IMG/VR virus record: IMGVR_UViG_3300030613_000018
Coordinates: 1 to 43,676 of that record
Source: a virus
Taxonomy: Duplodnaviria; Caudoviricetes
Length of the DNA stretch: 43,676 nt
Reading direction: 5' to 3' (one strand)
Part shown: piece after piece, positions 35,559 to 43,364 of the stretch
Layout of the letters: each line of letters starts with the position of its first letter
How positions within the stretch are numbered: the stretch's first letter is position 1
The notes under the pieces: model-generated
The model's database searches: none
Seen by the model: the letters and a program-made list of their open reading frames with translations, nothing else
What the model was told of the DNA's origin: nothing
Made by a program: the position numbers and the translations under genes

Positions 35559-37118
35559 TTACCACGGCATGTCCGCCTGTGGCTGGTCCCGTAGATCGTC
35601 CATGATCTGCCGCCGCTCAAGATCCGCGGCCTCGCTGCCGTCCCGCGGCGGCCGCCGTCTCTCCACCTTGATCTCGGGTTGGTTCATTGTGCTCAAGGGT
35701 CTGGCCATCGCTGCATGACAGGCTTCATCAAAAACGTGAGACTCCCCATCATCGTCAATATACTCGATATTGTTTTTGTCCATGACCAGGCCGCAAACGG
35801 TCCGGAAAAAATGATTGCAGTTTTCTTCAATCATCATCATCGGCAATTCGCCTTCCCGAATTCGAATCCGCTCTCGGAACTGCCTGATTTTTAATGCTCG
35901 GTCCGGATCTCCAGGGGAAAGAATTAATCCCTTCGCCCGGAAAACTTCTGCCGTACTTGGTCCCTGGCCGCCGCCTCGATAGTTAGCTTTCTTTTGAAAA
36001 CAATCCGGCCCGGCCTTACGAATGATGGTTTTACCCTGAAGCCCCAACTCGGCTTCGCGCTTTAAAATCCCGTCTGCAATTTCTTCGTCGGTGATCCGCA
36101 ATCCTTCGTTCGCCCGGCCATTCCAACCGTACCACTCCGCGAACCTGTAAAGTCTGCCGTCGTTGTCAGTATGCCACCAACCCACAGAAAACGGAGCCCC
36201 AAACCCCCAGTCGAAGGTTTGAAGGATGAAAGAGTATCCCGGAATAGGAATTTCCGATCGTTTGTACTCGTGGGTCGTTCGCGACAGCTCCGGGAATGCC
36301 TGGCCGATAAAAATATCCCAATCGCCATATCGGAAGGCCCGGCGCATCATTGTCGGGAGGGTCTCCAAAGTTTTCCAATAGCTTTCATCGAGGTAAGGAT
36401 TATCATCGGCAAGGCTTTTGATGTATTTAAAAGCGGGGCGATAATCGGTTGGTTTAATCCATTCCTCCGGGAAAGATTTATCCATCCAGAGTTGTTTCAC
36501 CCAGCCGTGGCCGATACCGCCGGGGTTTGTCGCGGCCACAAAAGGGCATTCCATGTCGGTTAGGCCTGGCCAGCGTAGGCGCGTCCGAAGATCATTGAAA
36601 CTCTGATATGTGTTTTTTGTAAGTTCATCAATGAGAATAGCGGCGAATTCGGCGGACTGATATTTTGAGGGGTCATCAAGATTTCTAAAACAAACAACTC
36701 CCGATCCATATTCAGGTCTTAAAACATAAGAAGCGCCATAAACTTTATGATCACTGTAAAAAGTTCCGAGATACGGTGGAAACTCATTTATAATTTTTGA
36801 AAGCTGACGATCTTTTAGTGAAGGATAATCTTCGCAGGCAAGCATTATCGGCACGTTTTTAAGGCTCTTCTGAGAGAATATTTGGAGAAGAAACCGGGGC
36901 GCATACCAACGCAGAAAATAAGATTTTCCTCCAGCCATCGCGCCGCCATAAAGTAAAAACTTGGTCTTGCCCGAGTCCAGGCTTTCAAGAGCTTCAACCT
37001 GCTTTAAGTTTTTTTGAAAGTTTGCTACGTCGCGGTCAAAATGAAGGGTCTCTGGTTTCGGCCGGTTCGGCTTTCGTAGAAAATGCGAGGTTGGATTGAT
37101 GAGGTGCGCCGGGTTCAT
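35559..37118 (-). CDS. terL: terminase large subunit
   Basis: LYGGAMAGGKS Walker A, ILIDELT Walker B, ATNPGGIGHGWVK, DNPYL, FDWGFGAPFS nuclease, HVFDE. Confidence 0.95.
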   Translation of the reverse strand: MNPAHLINPTSHFLRKPNRPKPETLHFDRDVANFQKNLKQVEALESLDSGKTKFLLYGGAMAGGKSYFLRWYAPRFLLQIFSQKSLKNVPIMLACEDYPSLKDRQLSKIINEFPPYLGTFYSDHKVYGASYVLRPEYGSGVVCFRNLDDPSKYQSAEFAAILIDELTKNTYQSFNDLRTRLRWPGLTDMECPFVAATNPGGIGHGWVKQLWMDKSFPEEWIKPTDYRPAFKYIKSLADDNPYLDESYWKTLETLPTMMRRAFRYGDWDIFIGQAFPELSRTTHEYKRSEIPIPGYSFILQTFDWGFGAPFSVGWWHTDNDGRLYRFAEWYGWNGRANEGLRITDEEIADGILKREAELGLQGKTIIRKAGPDCFQKKANYRGGGQGPSTAEVFRAKGLILSPGDPDRALKIRQFRERIRIREGELPMMMIEENCNHFFRTVCGLVMDKNNIEYIDDDGESHVFDEACHAAMARPLSTMNQPEIKVERRRPPRDGSEAADLERRQIMDDLRDQPQADMPW

Positions 37119-37712
37119 TTATCCCCCAGAGATTTCAATCTCTTTCTTTTCGCCGCTGCCGTTGCGGATACTGATTAAAAGGATCGGCGCCGGTTTATCG
37201 CCGTTATCGCCGTTCTTATCCCCAAAAAGCTTCAAGTGCCGCCCTAAGAGCTCGAGCGCTCTCGTCTTCTCCCACTGCTTAACCTTTTTCGTGTAGCCAG
37301 TGAGCGTCCGATCCTCGCCGCGGCCGCCGTACTCCTCAGTGACCTCGATCCCGGCGACAGCCGCCGCGGTCTCGTCGTCCCATTCACTGGGCATCTTGAG
37401 CGACCCCTCTGGCGTGAAGAGCCTGCGGGTATCCCCAAAGGCCAGGCGCGCTATTTCAGTCAGGACCCGATCTTTTGTTATGCCCTTGACTTCCATCCTT
37501 TTTTGCAGCGCAGTTTCAATTTCCTGTTGAATTTCGACACGTTTCAACATACGAAAAGCTAATTGATACGCTGATTTAGGGGAGAATCCGGCTCTTTTTG
37601 CGGCTTCTGTGCCGTTAAAGTCTTTCATGTATTCGGCGACGAAGAGGCGTCTTTTGGGGGGAATTATTGATCTTTTGTATTTTTTGTGGGTGTTTTGGAT
37701 TAAATCTTCCAT
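37119..37712 (-). CDS. terS: terminase small subunit
   Basis: LFVAEYMKDFNGTEAAKRAGFS, VL.EIARLAF, K.RALELLGRHL.LF. Confidence 0.95.
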   Translation of the reverse strand: MEDLIQNTHKKYKRSIIPPKRRLFVAEYMKDFNGTEAAKRAGFSPKSAYQLAFRMLKRVEIQQEIETALQKRMEVKGITKDRVLTEIARLAFGDTRRLFTPEGSLKMPSEWDDETAAAVAGIEVTEEYGGRGEDRTLTGYTKKVKQWEKTRALELLGRHLKLFGDKNGDNGDKPAPILLISIRNGSGEKKEIEISGG

Positions 37713-37720
37713 GATTTGGG

Positions 37721-37749
37721 AGAATAATTTAAAAGAAATGGAATGTCAA
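37721..37749 (-). promoter_or_regulatory. sigma70-type promoter for terS, probably (near-)leaderless
   Basis: TTGACA (37749..37744), 17-bp spacer, TATTCT (37726..37721); ATG 8 nt later with no SD. Confidence 0.65.
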
Positions 37750-37755
37750 GGGAAA

Positions 37756-38490
37756 TTATTTCCATCTTGATTTTGGGATGGACTGGAGTTTATTAATTTG
37801 GGTAGAAAAGACTCCGATGGTATAGCCTGATTTTTTAATAAAATCGTCGTTAGATTCAAAAAAGGTAATGGAGAGATTTTGTAGTTCGGATAAGGGAATA
37901 GATTTTAGGAGGGATTGAGTTATTTTTGTGTCTTTTGAAGTGACTAAATATTTTTTAGAAAATTTGGTTTGAAATAGGGAAAACCAGTGGTCAATAAAGA
38001 GTTTGATTTCTGAATTTTTTTGCAATGTATTTTCTTCTATTCTTCTATTCTTCTTTTCTTCTACGGCGTCCTTTGGGCGTTCCATTGGCGTTCCGTTTGA
38101 TGTTTCTTCGGCGTCCCTTTTTTGTTTTTCATTCCATCGTTGTCTTCGTAACCTTGCGTTTTCTCTAATCTTTTCATCTTTTTTTAACCGCCTATTTCGG
38201 AGAGTAATATCATCTATAAATCCTTGTGATATTGATGTGACATCGACGTGACGCGATGAAAAAATTACATCACAAATATTTCTGTCCTTTAGTTCCTCAA
38301 TAGAATTTTTCGCTTCGTTTTCGTCACATCCGCACCACCTGGAAAAATCCTTTATCGACCCAGTAATTTCTCCATTTCCGCCGCCGCCCCACATTTCCGA
38401 CAGGCAAAATATCCAGAATCCTTTAGTGCTCAGGGAGACTGAACGCAAATCGTCACAGAAATCTCTATACCAGAATTTTTCCCATTGCAT
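37756..38490 (-). CDS. replication initiator (lambda O/DUF1376-like)
   Basis: W.KFWYRDF..DLRSVSLSTKGFWI..LS.MW N-terminus, low-complexity linker, helical C-terminus. Start MQWEK. Confidence 0.7.
   Translation of the reverse strand: MQWEKFWYRDFCDDLRSVSLSTKGFWIFCLSEMWGGGGNGEITGSIKDFSRWCGCDENEAKNSIEELKDRNICDVIFSSRHVDVTSISQGFIDDITLRNRRLKKDEKIRENARLRRQRWNEKQKRDAEETSNGTPMERPKDAVEEKKNRRIEENTLQKNSEIKLFIDHWFSLFQTKFSKKYLVTSKDTKITQSLLKSIPLSELQNLSITFFESNDDFIKKSGYTIGVFSTQINKLQSIPKSRWK
38030..38117. repeat. putative replication origin: ~11-bp-spaced iterons plus purine/AT tract
   Basis: GGCGT(T)CC at 38065, 38076, 38087 and 38110 (degenerate copy ~38099), next to a strand-biased TCTTCTAT tract inside the initiator gene. 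Confidence 0.55.
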
Positions 38491-38491
38491 T

Positions 38492-39265
38492 CTATTTGAC
38501 ACTTTGCGTCTCCACGAGGAACCCATTTTCACGTTGAACGTTGAACATCTTTTTAAGGACCCCCGTGCGCCGGTGGAATTCGATGCTGATTTTGGCTGCC
38601 GTTTCTCCATTTTCCGGGTTTCGCCGGATCATAATCACACAATCACTCTCCTGGCTGACAAACGACGAATCTCGGATCGAATCATACGTCATCTCATCAT
38701 CGGGCTTACCCTTGGTCGTGTGACACAGGAGGAAAACACATAACCCCATTTCCACGGCCATGGTTTTCAGCCGCCGGATCACGGTCCCGATCTCGATGGA
38801 TGGAGATTTGGCGCGCGCCATGTCGAACAGGTAATGGAGATGATCGAGGAAAACGATGCGGGTGCGGTACTTCTCAAACGATTCTTGAATGCGTTCTTCG
38901 ATCCACGGCAGGGCATGGGCACGGAGTTTTTGAGGTAGGTAAAAAAGGGGAAGATCGGGGAATTGGGAAAGGAATTGCCTGGCCGGAACCTCGAACGTAA
39001 ACCATAGCGGAAACTCCTGCTGTTTGACGAATGCAAGCGTTAGAGACTGCGCCAGGAGCGTTTTGCCATGCTTTGTTGGCCCGGATATTACGATTAGCTC
39101 ACCATCCCGGAATCCATCACAATACCGATCAAGTGTCGGCATCCGGGACTTGACTGCGATCCATGAAGACGTTTCCTCGGCCAGTAATAGGCTCATCTCG
39201 TGGCTGGTTATGACTTTGTCCGGCCCGTCGTACTCTTTCAAGTTCTTTTTTTTCTCTTCCTGCAT
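38492..39265 (-). CDS. DnaB-like helicase (C-terminal RecA-fold domain only)
   Basis: GFRDGELIVISGPTKHGKT, FTFE, VFLDHLH, IRDSSFVSQESD. Start MQEEK with RBS AAGGAGGT. Confidence 0.85.
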   Translation of the reverse strand: MQEEKKKNLKEYDGPDKVITSHEMSLLLAEETSSWIAVKSRMPTLDRYCDGFRDGELIVISGPTKHGKTLLAQSLTLAFVKQQEFPLWFTFEVPARQFLSQFPDLPLFYLPQKLRAHALPWIEERIQESFEKYRTRIVFLDHLHYLFDMARAKSPSIEIGTVIRRLKTMAVEMGLCVFLLCHTTKGKPDDEMTYDSIRDSSFVSQESDCVIMIRRNPENGETAAKISIEFHRRTGVLKKMFNVQRENGFLVETQSVK

Positions 39266-39473
39266 GCAACCACCTCCTTCGACAATCCTCCATGATCTGA
39301 CTTTCTTCATGAATAAAATATGATAAAATTTCTTCCATTTCCCAGTTGTCCCGATAATATTCCCGTTCTTCTTTAAGGGAGGCAATATCCTTTGAAAGAT
39401 AACGAATATACTCCTTCTCGGAATCCTGCGTTTCCTCTAAAAATTCAATCCACATGTTTTTTTCTGGGATCAT
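39129..39473 (-). CDS. hypothetical acidic protein
   Basis: Start MIPEK (RBS GGAG); 3' part overlaps the helicase gene. Confidence 0.5.
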   Translation of the reverse strand: MIPEKNMWIEFLEETQDSEKEYIRYLSKDIASLKEEREYYRDNWEMEEILSYFIHEESQIMEDCRRRWLHAGREKKELERVRRAGQSHNQPRDEPITGRGNVFMDRSQVPDADT

Positions 39474-39474
39474 T

Positions 39475-39612
39475 TTAATCTCCAAAATCTCGGTCGCGGA
39501 ACCCAGGCGCACGATGAACGTGATGGGTGGCTAAGCCCAACCCGAGCCCCGCTTCCGATTTCCTTTGAATGATTGCAAAAAAAGGATTCATCATGATCGT
39601 GAGCTTAGCCAT
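39475..39612 (-). CDS. 45-aa leaderless leader peptide (icd/ash-like position)
   Basis: ATG GCT AAG 5 nt after the -10 box; stop 1 nt before the next ATG; spans the cloverleaf. Confidence 0.4.
   Translation of the reverse strand: MAKLTIMMNPFFAIIQRKSEAGLGLGLATHHVHRAPGFRDRDFGD
39490..39558 (-). ncRNA. C4/CI-like antisense cloverleaf element
   Basis: Long stem TCGG..GCGG.GGCTCGGG / CCTGGGTT.CCGC..CCGA closing hairpins TGGG-CTTAGCCA-CCCA and CACG-TTCAT-CGTG. Both loops are complementary to sites at 39604..39611 and 39587..39591. Confidence 0.65.
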
Positions 39613-39617
39613 ACCGC

Positions 39618-39645
39618 AGGATACCACAGCCAAAAATCATGTCAA
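39618..39645 (-). promoter_or_regulatory. sigma70-type promoter of the replication operon
   Basis: TTGACA (39645..39640), 16-bp spacer, extended -10 TG-G-TATCCT. Confidence 0.7.
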
Positions 39646-39833
39646 GGGGAAATTGCTGTTTTGACGAGCTCGTCCATTTTTTTAAAATAGGTGCGATTCC
39701 ACGCCCAAGCCCAGGCTTCACGGGTTACCCCAGCTTTGCGAAGTTTCCTATCTGCTCCACACTCGCGGTCGGCGTGCTTTGTTGCTTGCGGTATCAAAGA
39801 GTCGCGGATTATCTGGTATTCTCGATTGGTCAT
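39642..39833 (-). CDS. hypothetical protein
   Basis: 63 aa, RBS GAGGTG. Confidence 0.65.
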   Translation of the reverse strand: MTNREYQIIRDSLIPQATKHADRECGADRKLRKAGVTREAWAWAWNRTYFKKMDELVKTAISP

Positions 39834-39841
39834 TTTTCACC

Positions 39842-40027
39842 TCAATGGATCGCGTTCGTCACGGCGAAATACCGCGGCTCAAGAATGGGATCGCCAGTCA
39901 AGGGTATGTCCAAAAGCATAAACTCACCATTAATTGGCCGCCTGCGCGCGCCGAAAAACTCACGCAACAGTAGCCCCACGATCACCCAGATCAACCTCAA
40001 TCCCCTAAAAACCTTATTGTCATTCAT
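39842..40027 (-). CDS. small membrane protein
   Basis: Likely start MNDNK after GGAGGTG; one TM segment. Confidence 0.55.
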   Translation of the reverse strand: MNDNKVFRGLRLIWVIVGLLLREFFGARRRPINGEFMLLDIPLTGDPILEPRYFAVTNAIH

Positions 40028-40488
40028 CTTTTCACCTCCGGCAGTTCGTTCCATTCCCAAAGCCCCATAGCACCCTTGACCGGGATAGGACGCCCAAGTT
40101 TTTTGATATTTCCCAACATCCACATATACCGGCCAGGGGTATAATCTCCAAAGGCCCTTTCCTGACCAGAAATAGGGCGTCCGTCCTTCATGGGGTTATT
40201 GCCTATTCTATAGACAACGAAAAGATCACAGATAGCCAGAATAAACCCACAAGGAAGGTCTTCAGGGACCATTCCATATTTTTGGCTTGGGATGATCAGG
40301 GCTTTCATAAGGGTTTCGCGAAAATATTCTTCGCCGTAGGTAAGGATACGGTTTTCCTTTGAAAACTTTTTTGACGAATGAATTGCAAGGGGGCCTCGAT
40401 AATTAGTCGTCCAAGATCGCGTTTCAATCTTCTTGGCTCCGATTGCCACCAGGGTCGCCCACGGCTGAAATAGAGTAAGTGCTTTCAT
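40024..40488 (-). CDS. ASCH domain protein
   Basis: MKALTLFQPWATLVAIGAKKIETRSW.T.YRGPLAIH...FGDYTPGRY.W...P.KGAMGLW. Confidence 0.92.
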   Translation of the reverse strand: MKALTLFQPWATLVAIGAKKIETRSWTTNYRGPLAIHSSKKFSKENRILTYGEEYFRETLMKALIIPSQKYGMVPEDLPCGFILAICDLFVVYRIGNNPMKDGRPISGQERAFGDYTPGRYMWMLGNIKKLGRPIPVKGAMGLWEWNELPEVKR

Positions 40489-40670
40489 CTTTTCACCTCC
40501 GGTAATTTATCCAAAATCCGCCGTTGAACAATTTTACCGGCTTCGGATTTCATTGATTTTCCATTCATCGCACGCAATACACACACTAAACAGATTCCGC
40601 TTTGCGTTGCCCCCGGCTTTTTACACTCCACGCAAAACTTATCATAATCGATGCTTATCTCGGTTTTCAT
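40485..40670 (-). CDS. small zinc-finger-like protein
   Basis: CVECKKPGATQSGICLVC. Confidence 0.7.
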   Translation of the reverse strand: MKTEISIDYDKFCVECKKPGATQSGICLVCVLRAMNGKSMKSEAGKIVQRRILDKLPEVKR

Positions 40671-40689
40671 TTCACCTCCAGTGGCTCAT

Positions 40690-40878
40690 TTATTTTAGTC
40701 TCCTTAGAAATTTCTTATCCGCTTCATCAATATCTCGCAGCGATATTTCACTCTCTCTTAAAATTGCCTTTGCCATGGTAGGTTGATCGAATATTTCAAC
40801 CAAACGAGCACAGGCATAAGCTACCCCAGCGGCAAATCCCTTGTTCCAACCCTTCGGATTAAGGACCGTTAAGGACAT
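40690..40878 (-). CDS. hypothetical protein
   Basis: 62 aa, RBS GAGGTG. Confidence 0.65.
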   Translation of the reverse strand: MSLTVLNPKGWNKGFAAGVAYACARLVEIFDQPTMAKAILRESEISLRDIDEADKKFLRRLK

Positions 40879-41744
40879 CTTTTCACCTCTGGCAGTTCGT
40901 TATATTCCAGGCCATCCAGGAGACGGCCAGTGGCTTTTTTGCCGATACGACAAACCTGGCCCTCTGGGGTTCCGTCAATACTCATTATAATCCCCGGCTT
41001 TTTTAACCCCGGTAAATAACTGCATGGTATCCATTCCCCCCACTGTTTGAAAAAGAACGGCACTCCCGATGCCCTGCATTGGTCCCTGACCGAGATTGCC
41101 CACTCCGGGCGCATCGGCCTTGCGCCGGGGCCGGTCTCTCCGCCACAAATCAACCAACCTGGTTTTCTTCCGGATTCATGATTCCCATCTAACCACCATT
41201 TTATTAAAATCTCCCCCAATGCAGGTTCATAACTTATAAAATGCACCGCCGCCGGTATCTGCAGCAGAAGCGGTATTTTCTCGTCCGCCTCGGGCTGGTT
41301 GCAAACCGTAACTCCAGGCCAAACATTTTCAGGCCATAGTTTCCCTTGCGCCCATTCAGCCATTCGTTTTGCTCTCTTGGTAAACAACAGAAAAATGTGC
41401 CATCCGGCCTGGCCCATATTCCAAAATGCTTCTCGAATAAAAGGTTCTTCTGATACATCCTCATGAAAAAGATCGTTCCAAATTGCCCACACGGTAGGCT
41501 TCTTGCGCCGCAGGGGAATGTCAAGGCGCTCGGGATGGATAATGATGCGTCCCGTAAATCGCTGTAATGAATCGGTAAGTGGGGCCGTTCCTGTTAAAAA
41601 CGTCTCATGTTCTGATTGGCGTTGGAAACGGTGCGTAAGTGCCGCGCTCCGACAATGATCACAGCCTGGGGAACACGGAGTACAACCAGAAACTAAGGTA
41701 AGCGCCCGGTCCCAATAAAGTCCTTTTTCTATTCGATCAAACAT
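40869..41744 (-). CDS. phage Gp37/Gp68 (DUF5131) family radical-SAM-like protein
   Basis: GCTPCSPGCDHC, DLFHE, NVWPGVTV.NQ, FISYEPALG, ICGGETGPGARPM, PFFFKQWGEW, GRLLDG. Confidence 0.92.
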   Translation of the reverse strand: MFDRIEKGLYWDRALTLVSGCTPCSPGCDHCRSAALTHRFQRQSEHETFLTGTAPLTDSLQRFTGRIIIHPERLDIPLRRKKPTVWAIWNDLFHEDVSEEPFIREAFWNMGQAGWHIFLLFTKRAKRMAEWAQGKLWPENVWPGVTVCNQPEADEKIPLLLQIPAAVHFISYEPALGEILIKWWLDGNHESGRKPGWLICGGETGPGARPMRPEWAISVRDQCRASGVPFFFKQWGEWIPCSYLPGLKKPGIIMSIDGTPEGQVCRIGKKATGRLLDGLEYNELPEVKRCP

Positions 41745-41807
41745 TTAAATAAACCCCTCGAAGATCATGTATGAGCGCCCGCTTCAAGACCACGACCGCA
41801 TTCGATT

Positions 41808-42218
41808 TTACCCCTTCTTAAAAATTTTCCCCCAATCTTCTTCCCGCATTATGAATCGATGGTGCACCGAACAAACCAAGTCCCATAACCCCGTTGAATG
41901 TCCTCTCTCGTTGAAAACGGGCTCGACGTGGAGGGAACGCCCGCAATAGCTATTTTTCCCGGGGCAGCGCCAGGTTCGCAAGTCTTGGATCGGTAAACCC
42001 GGCCGCGGGCCTTCTTTGTTTGATGCTCCCTGCGTGCTTCGCCCCGTCCGACTCAGCCCAGCCACAACCGCAACACGATATATTCTTTGCGCCGGGATCC
42101 CAGTCAACCTCTCTATTTCTTTGACGCTGATCTCCTTGTCAGTATATAGGTCCCTGACGGCTTCGATCTCTGCCTCAGATATGACGGTGTACCTGCCCAC
42201 TAAACCTCCCCCATCCAC
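41808..42218 (-). CDS. putative HTH DNA-binding protein with Cys/His tail
   Basis: ISVKEIERLTGIPAQRIYRV HTH-like segment; start uncertain. Confidence 0.55.
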   Translation of the reverse strand: MDGGGLVGRYTVISEAEIEAVRDLYTDKEISVKEIERLTGIPAQRIYRVAVVAGLSRTGRSTQGASNKEGPRPGLPIQDLRTWRCPGKNSYCGRSLHVEPVFNERGHSTGLWDLVCSVHHRFIMREEDWGKIFKKG

Positions 42219-42508
42219 TCCCGGAATTTAGGCCGCAGACAATTCTGGGCCACTTGGCAAACGCGCTTCTCTTGCATGTATGTTATTGCGGCCCCCGCCG
42301 GTACGGTAGCCAGCCAGGCCAAAACAACCGCCCTTATTTGGTCTTGTGTCAGCGCCCGGTTCACCCGCGAAGGCTCGTTCGGCGCGGGGACTGCGCTCAA
42401 CATTATCAGGGCCTCTTCTTTGGTCATTTTTTCATTTGTCCTTTCTGACGACGTATAGGCCGCCACGATGTCGCACCGTATAGAATTCAATACCGTGCGT
42501 CCGCCCAT
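42200..42508 (-). CDS. hypothetical protein
   Basis: ORF in track; true start probably the internal MTKEEA near 42427. Confidence 0.5.
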   Translation of the reverse strand: MGGRTVLNSIRCDIVAAYTSSERTNEKMTKEEALIMLSAVPAPNEPSRVNRALTQDQIRAVVLAWLATVPAGAAITYMQEKRVCQVAQNCLRPKFREWMGEV

Positions 42509-42674
42509 ACTTCGACGCAGCCGCCCGGACCCTCTTGATTTTTTTCTCCATTTCCCGGCGCCGCTTAACCGCGGGTATAAAAAACGTCTCCCCGGGCGCC
42601 ATCGCGCCGAATGGATATTTTGCCCGGCGCCCGCGGGCAGCCTTCACCACTTGCTCTTGCTCGATCTTAAACAT
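42432..42674 (-). CDS. small putative DNA-binding protein
   Basis: RAKYPFGAMAPGETFFIP...GLYVVR family motif; RBS GAGGAG. Confidence 0.7.
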   Translation of the reverse strand: MFKIEQEQVVKAARGRRAKYPFGAMAPGETFFIPAVKRRREMEKKIKRVRAAASKYGRTHGIEFYTVRHRGGLYVVRKDK

Positions 42675-42683
42675 AATTACTCC

Positions 42684-42857
42684 TCAGTTGTTTTTCGCCT
42701 CAGCGCCCTTTTCCTTCAGCCTTCTCACCGTCTCCTTGAATTTGCTTTCGGCCAGGTATTCCACGGCCTCGCGAATCGCCGCCAGTTGGAAGACTATGGC
42801 CAGTAGCAGCCCCACCATTGCCACCCCGATCGTTACCCCGACGACGCAAATCAACAT
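42684..42857 (-). CDS. small membrane protein (57 aa, not in ORF track)
   Basis: MLICVVGVTIGVAMVGLLLAIVFQLAAIREAVEYLAESKFKETVRRLKEKGAEAKNN*; RBS AGGAGG. Confidence 0.65.
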   Translation of the reverse strand: MLICVVGVTIGVAMVGLLLAIVFQLAAIREAVEYLAESKFKETVRRLKEKGAEAKNN

Positions 42858-43011
42858 AGAACCTCCTGTTTAGCGTGTGTTCGATCACCGCCGCCACGCC
42901 AGCGATCAGGATTAAAAACTCCGGCCAGGTCAGCCTTAGCCAGGCCCGCAACAAAAAAAGAACGGGCGAAAGCGCCAATAGAAGGAAGGCGAGGATGTAT
43001 AAAGTTTTCAT
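42700..43011 (-). CDS. membrane protein (3' half overlaps the next gene)
   Basis: Two TM segments in the first ~45 aa; ATGA coupling. Confidence 0.5.
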   Translation of the reverse strand: MKTLYILAFLLLALSPVLFLLRAWLRLTWPEFLILIAGVAAVIEHTLNRRFYVDLRRRGNDRGGNGGAATGHSLPTGGDSRGRGIPGRKQIQGDGEKAEGKGR

Positions 43012-43364
43012 TCCTTAGCTTCCAATGTTGCCGATTTGCCCGTTCTCGATTCTGTTATCGTAACGCTGTCGATGCCACTCCCCTTCTTTGGCCGCAGTTT
43101 TTCGACCGCGTCGAAAAGCGCGTCCTGGATCTCACTAACCTCCGCGACCAAACTTTCTTTCACCCGTCTTTCGACAAAGCTTATACTCACCTCCAGGTCT
43201 TGAACGTTAGGCTTTTTCCCCGGAGTAAGCTTTACCGCCAGGTTCACGGTAAGGCCGCCGTCTCCACCCAAATAAGCCTGGTCAATTTCTTTTTGGTGTT
43301 GATTCAAAAGGCTCGTAACCATTTGCACGGCTCGATTAAGTATTCTCGGTCCGATCATATTCAA
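43008..43364 (-). CDS. hypothetical protein
   Basis: 118-aa ORF coupled to neighbours. Confidence 0.65.
   Translation of the reverse strand: MNMIGPRILNRAVQMVTSLLNQHQKEIDQAYLGGDGGLTVNLAVKLTPGKKPNVQDLEVSISFVERRVKESLVAEVSEIQDALFDAVEKLRPKKGSGIDSVTITESRTGKSATLEAKE

Noticed and set aside
9949-37118. Stop-codon reassignment or inteins
   Set aside because: Long ORFs are intact in the standard code and all three stops are used; no intein splice motifs or size excess in terL, portal or capsid.
38526-38541. Second parS-like site
   Set aside because: Several mismatches, not palindromic, and inside the helicase coding sequence.
39831-40902. Junction repeats as a CRISPR mini-array
   Set aside because: Spacing is 180-460 bp, the intervening DNA is coding, and the repeats include RBS and start codons.
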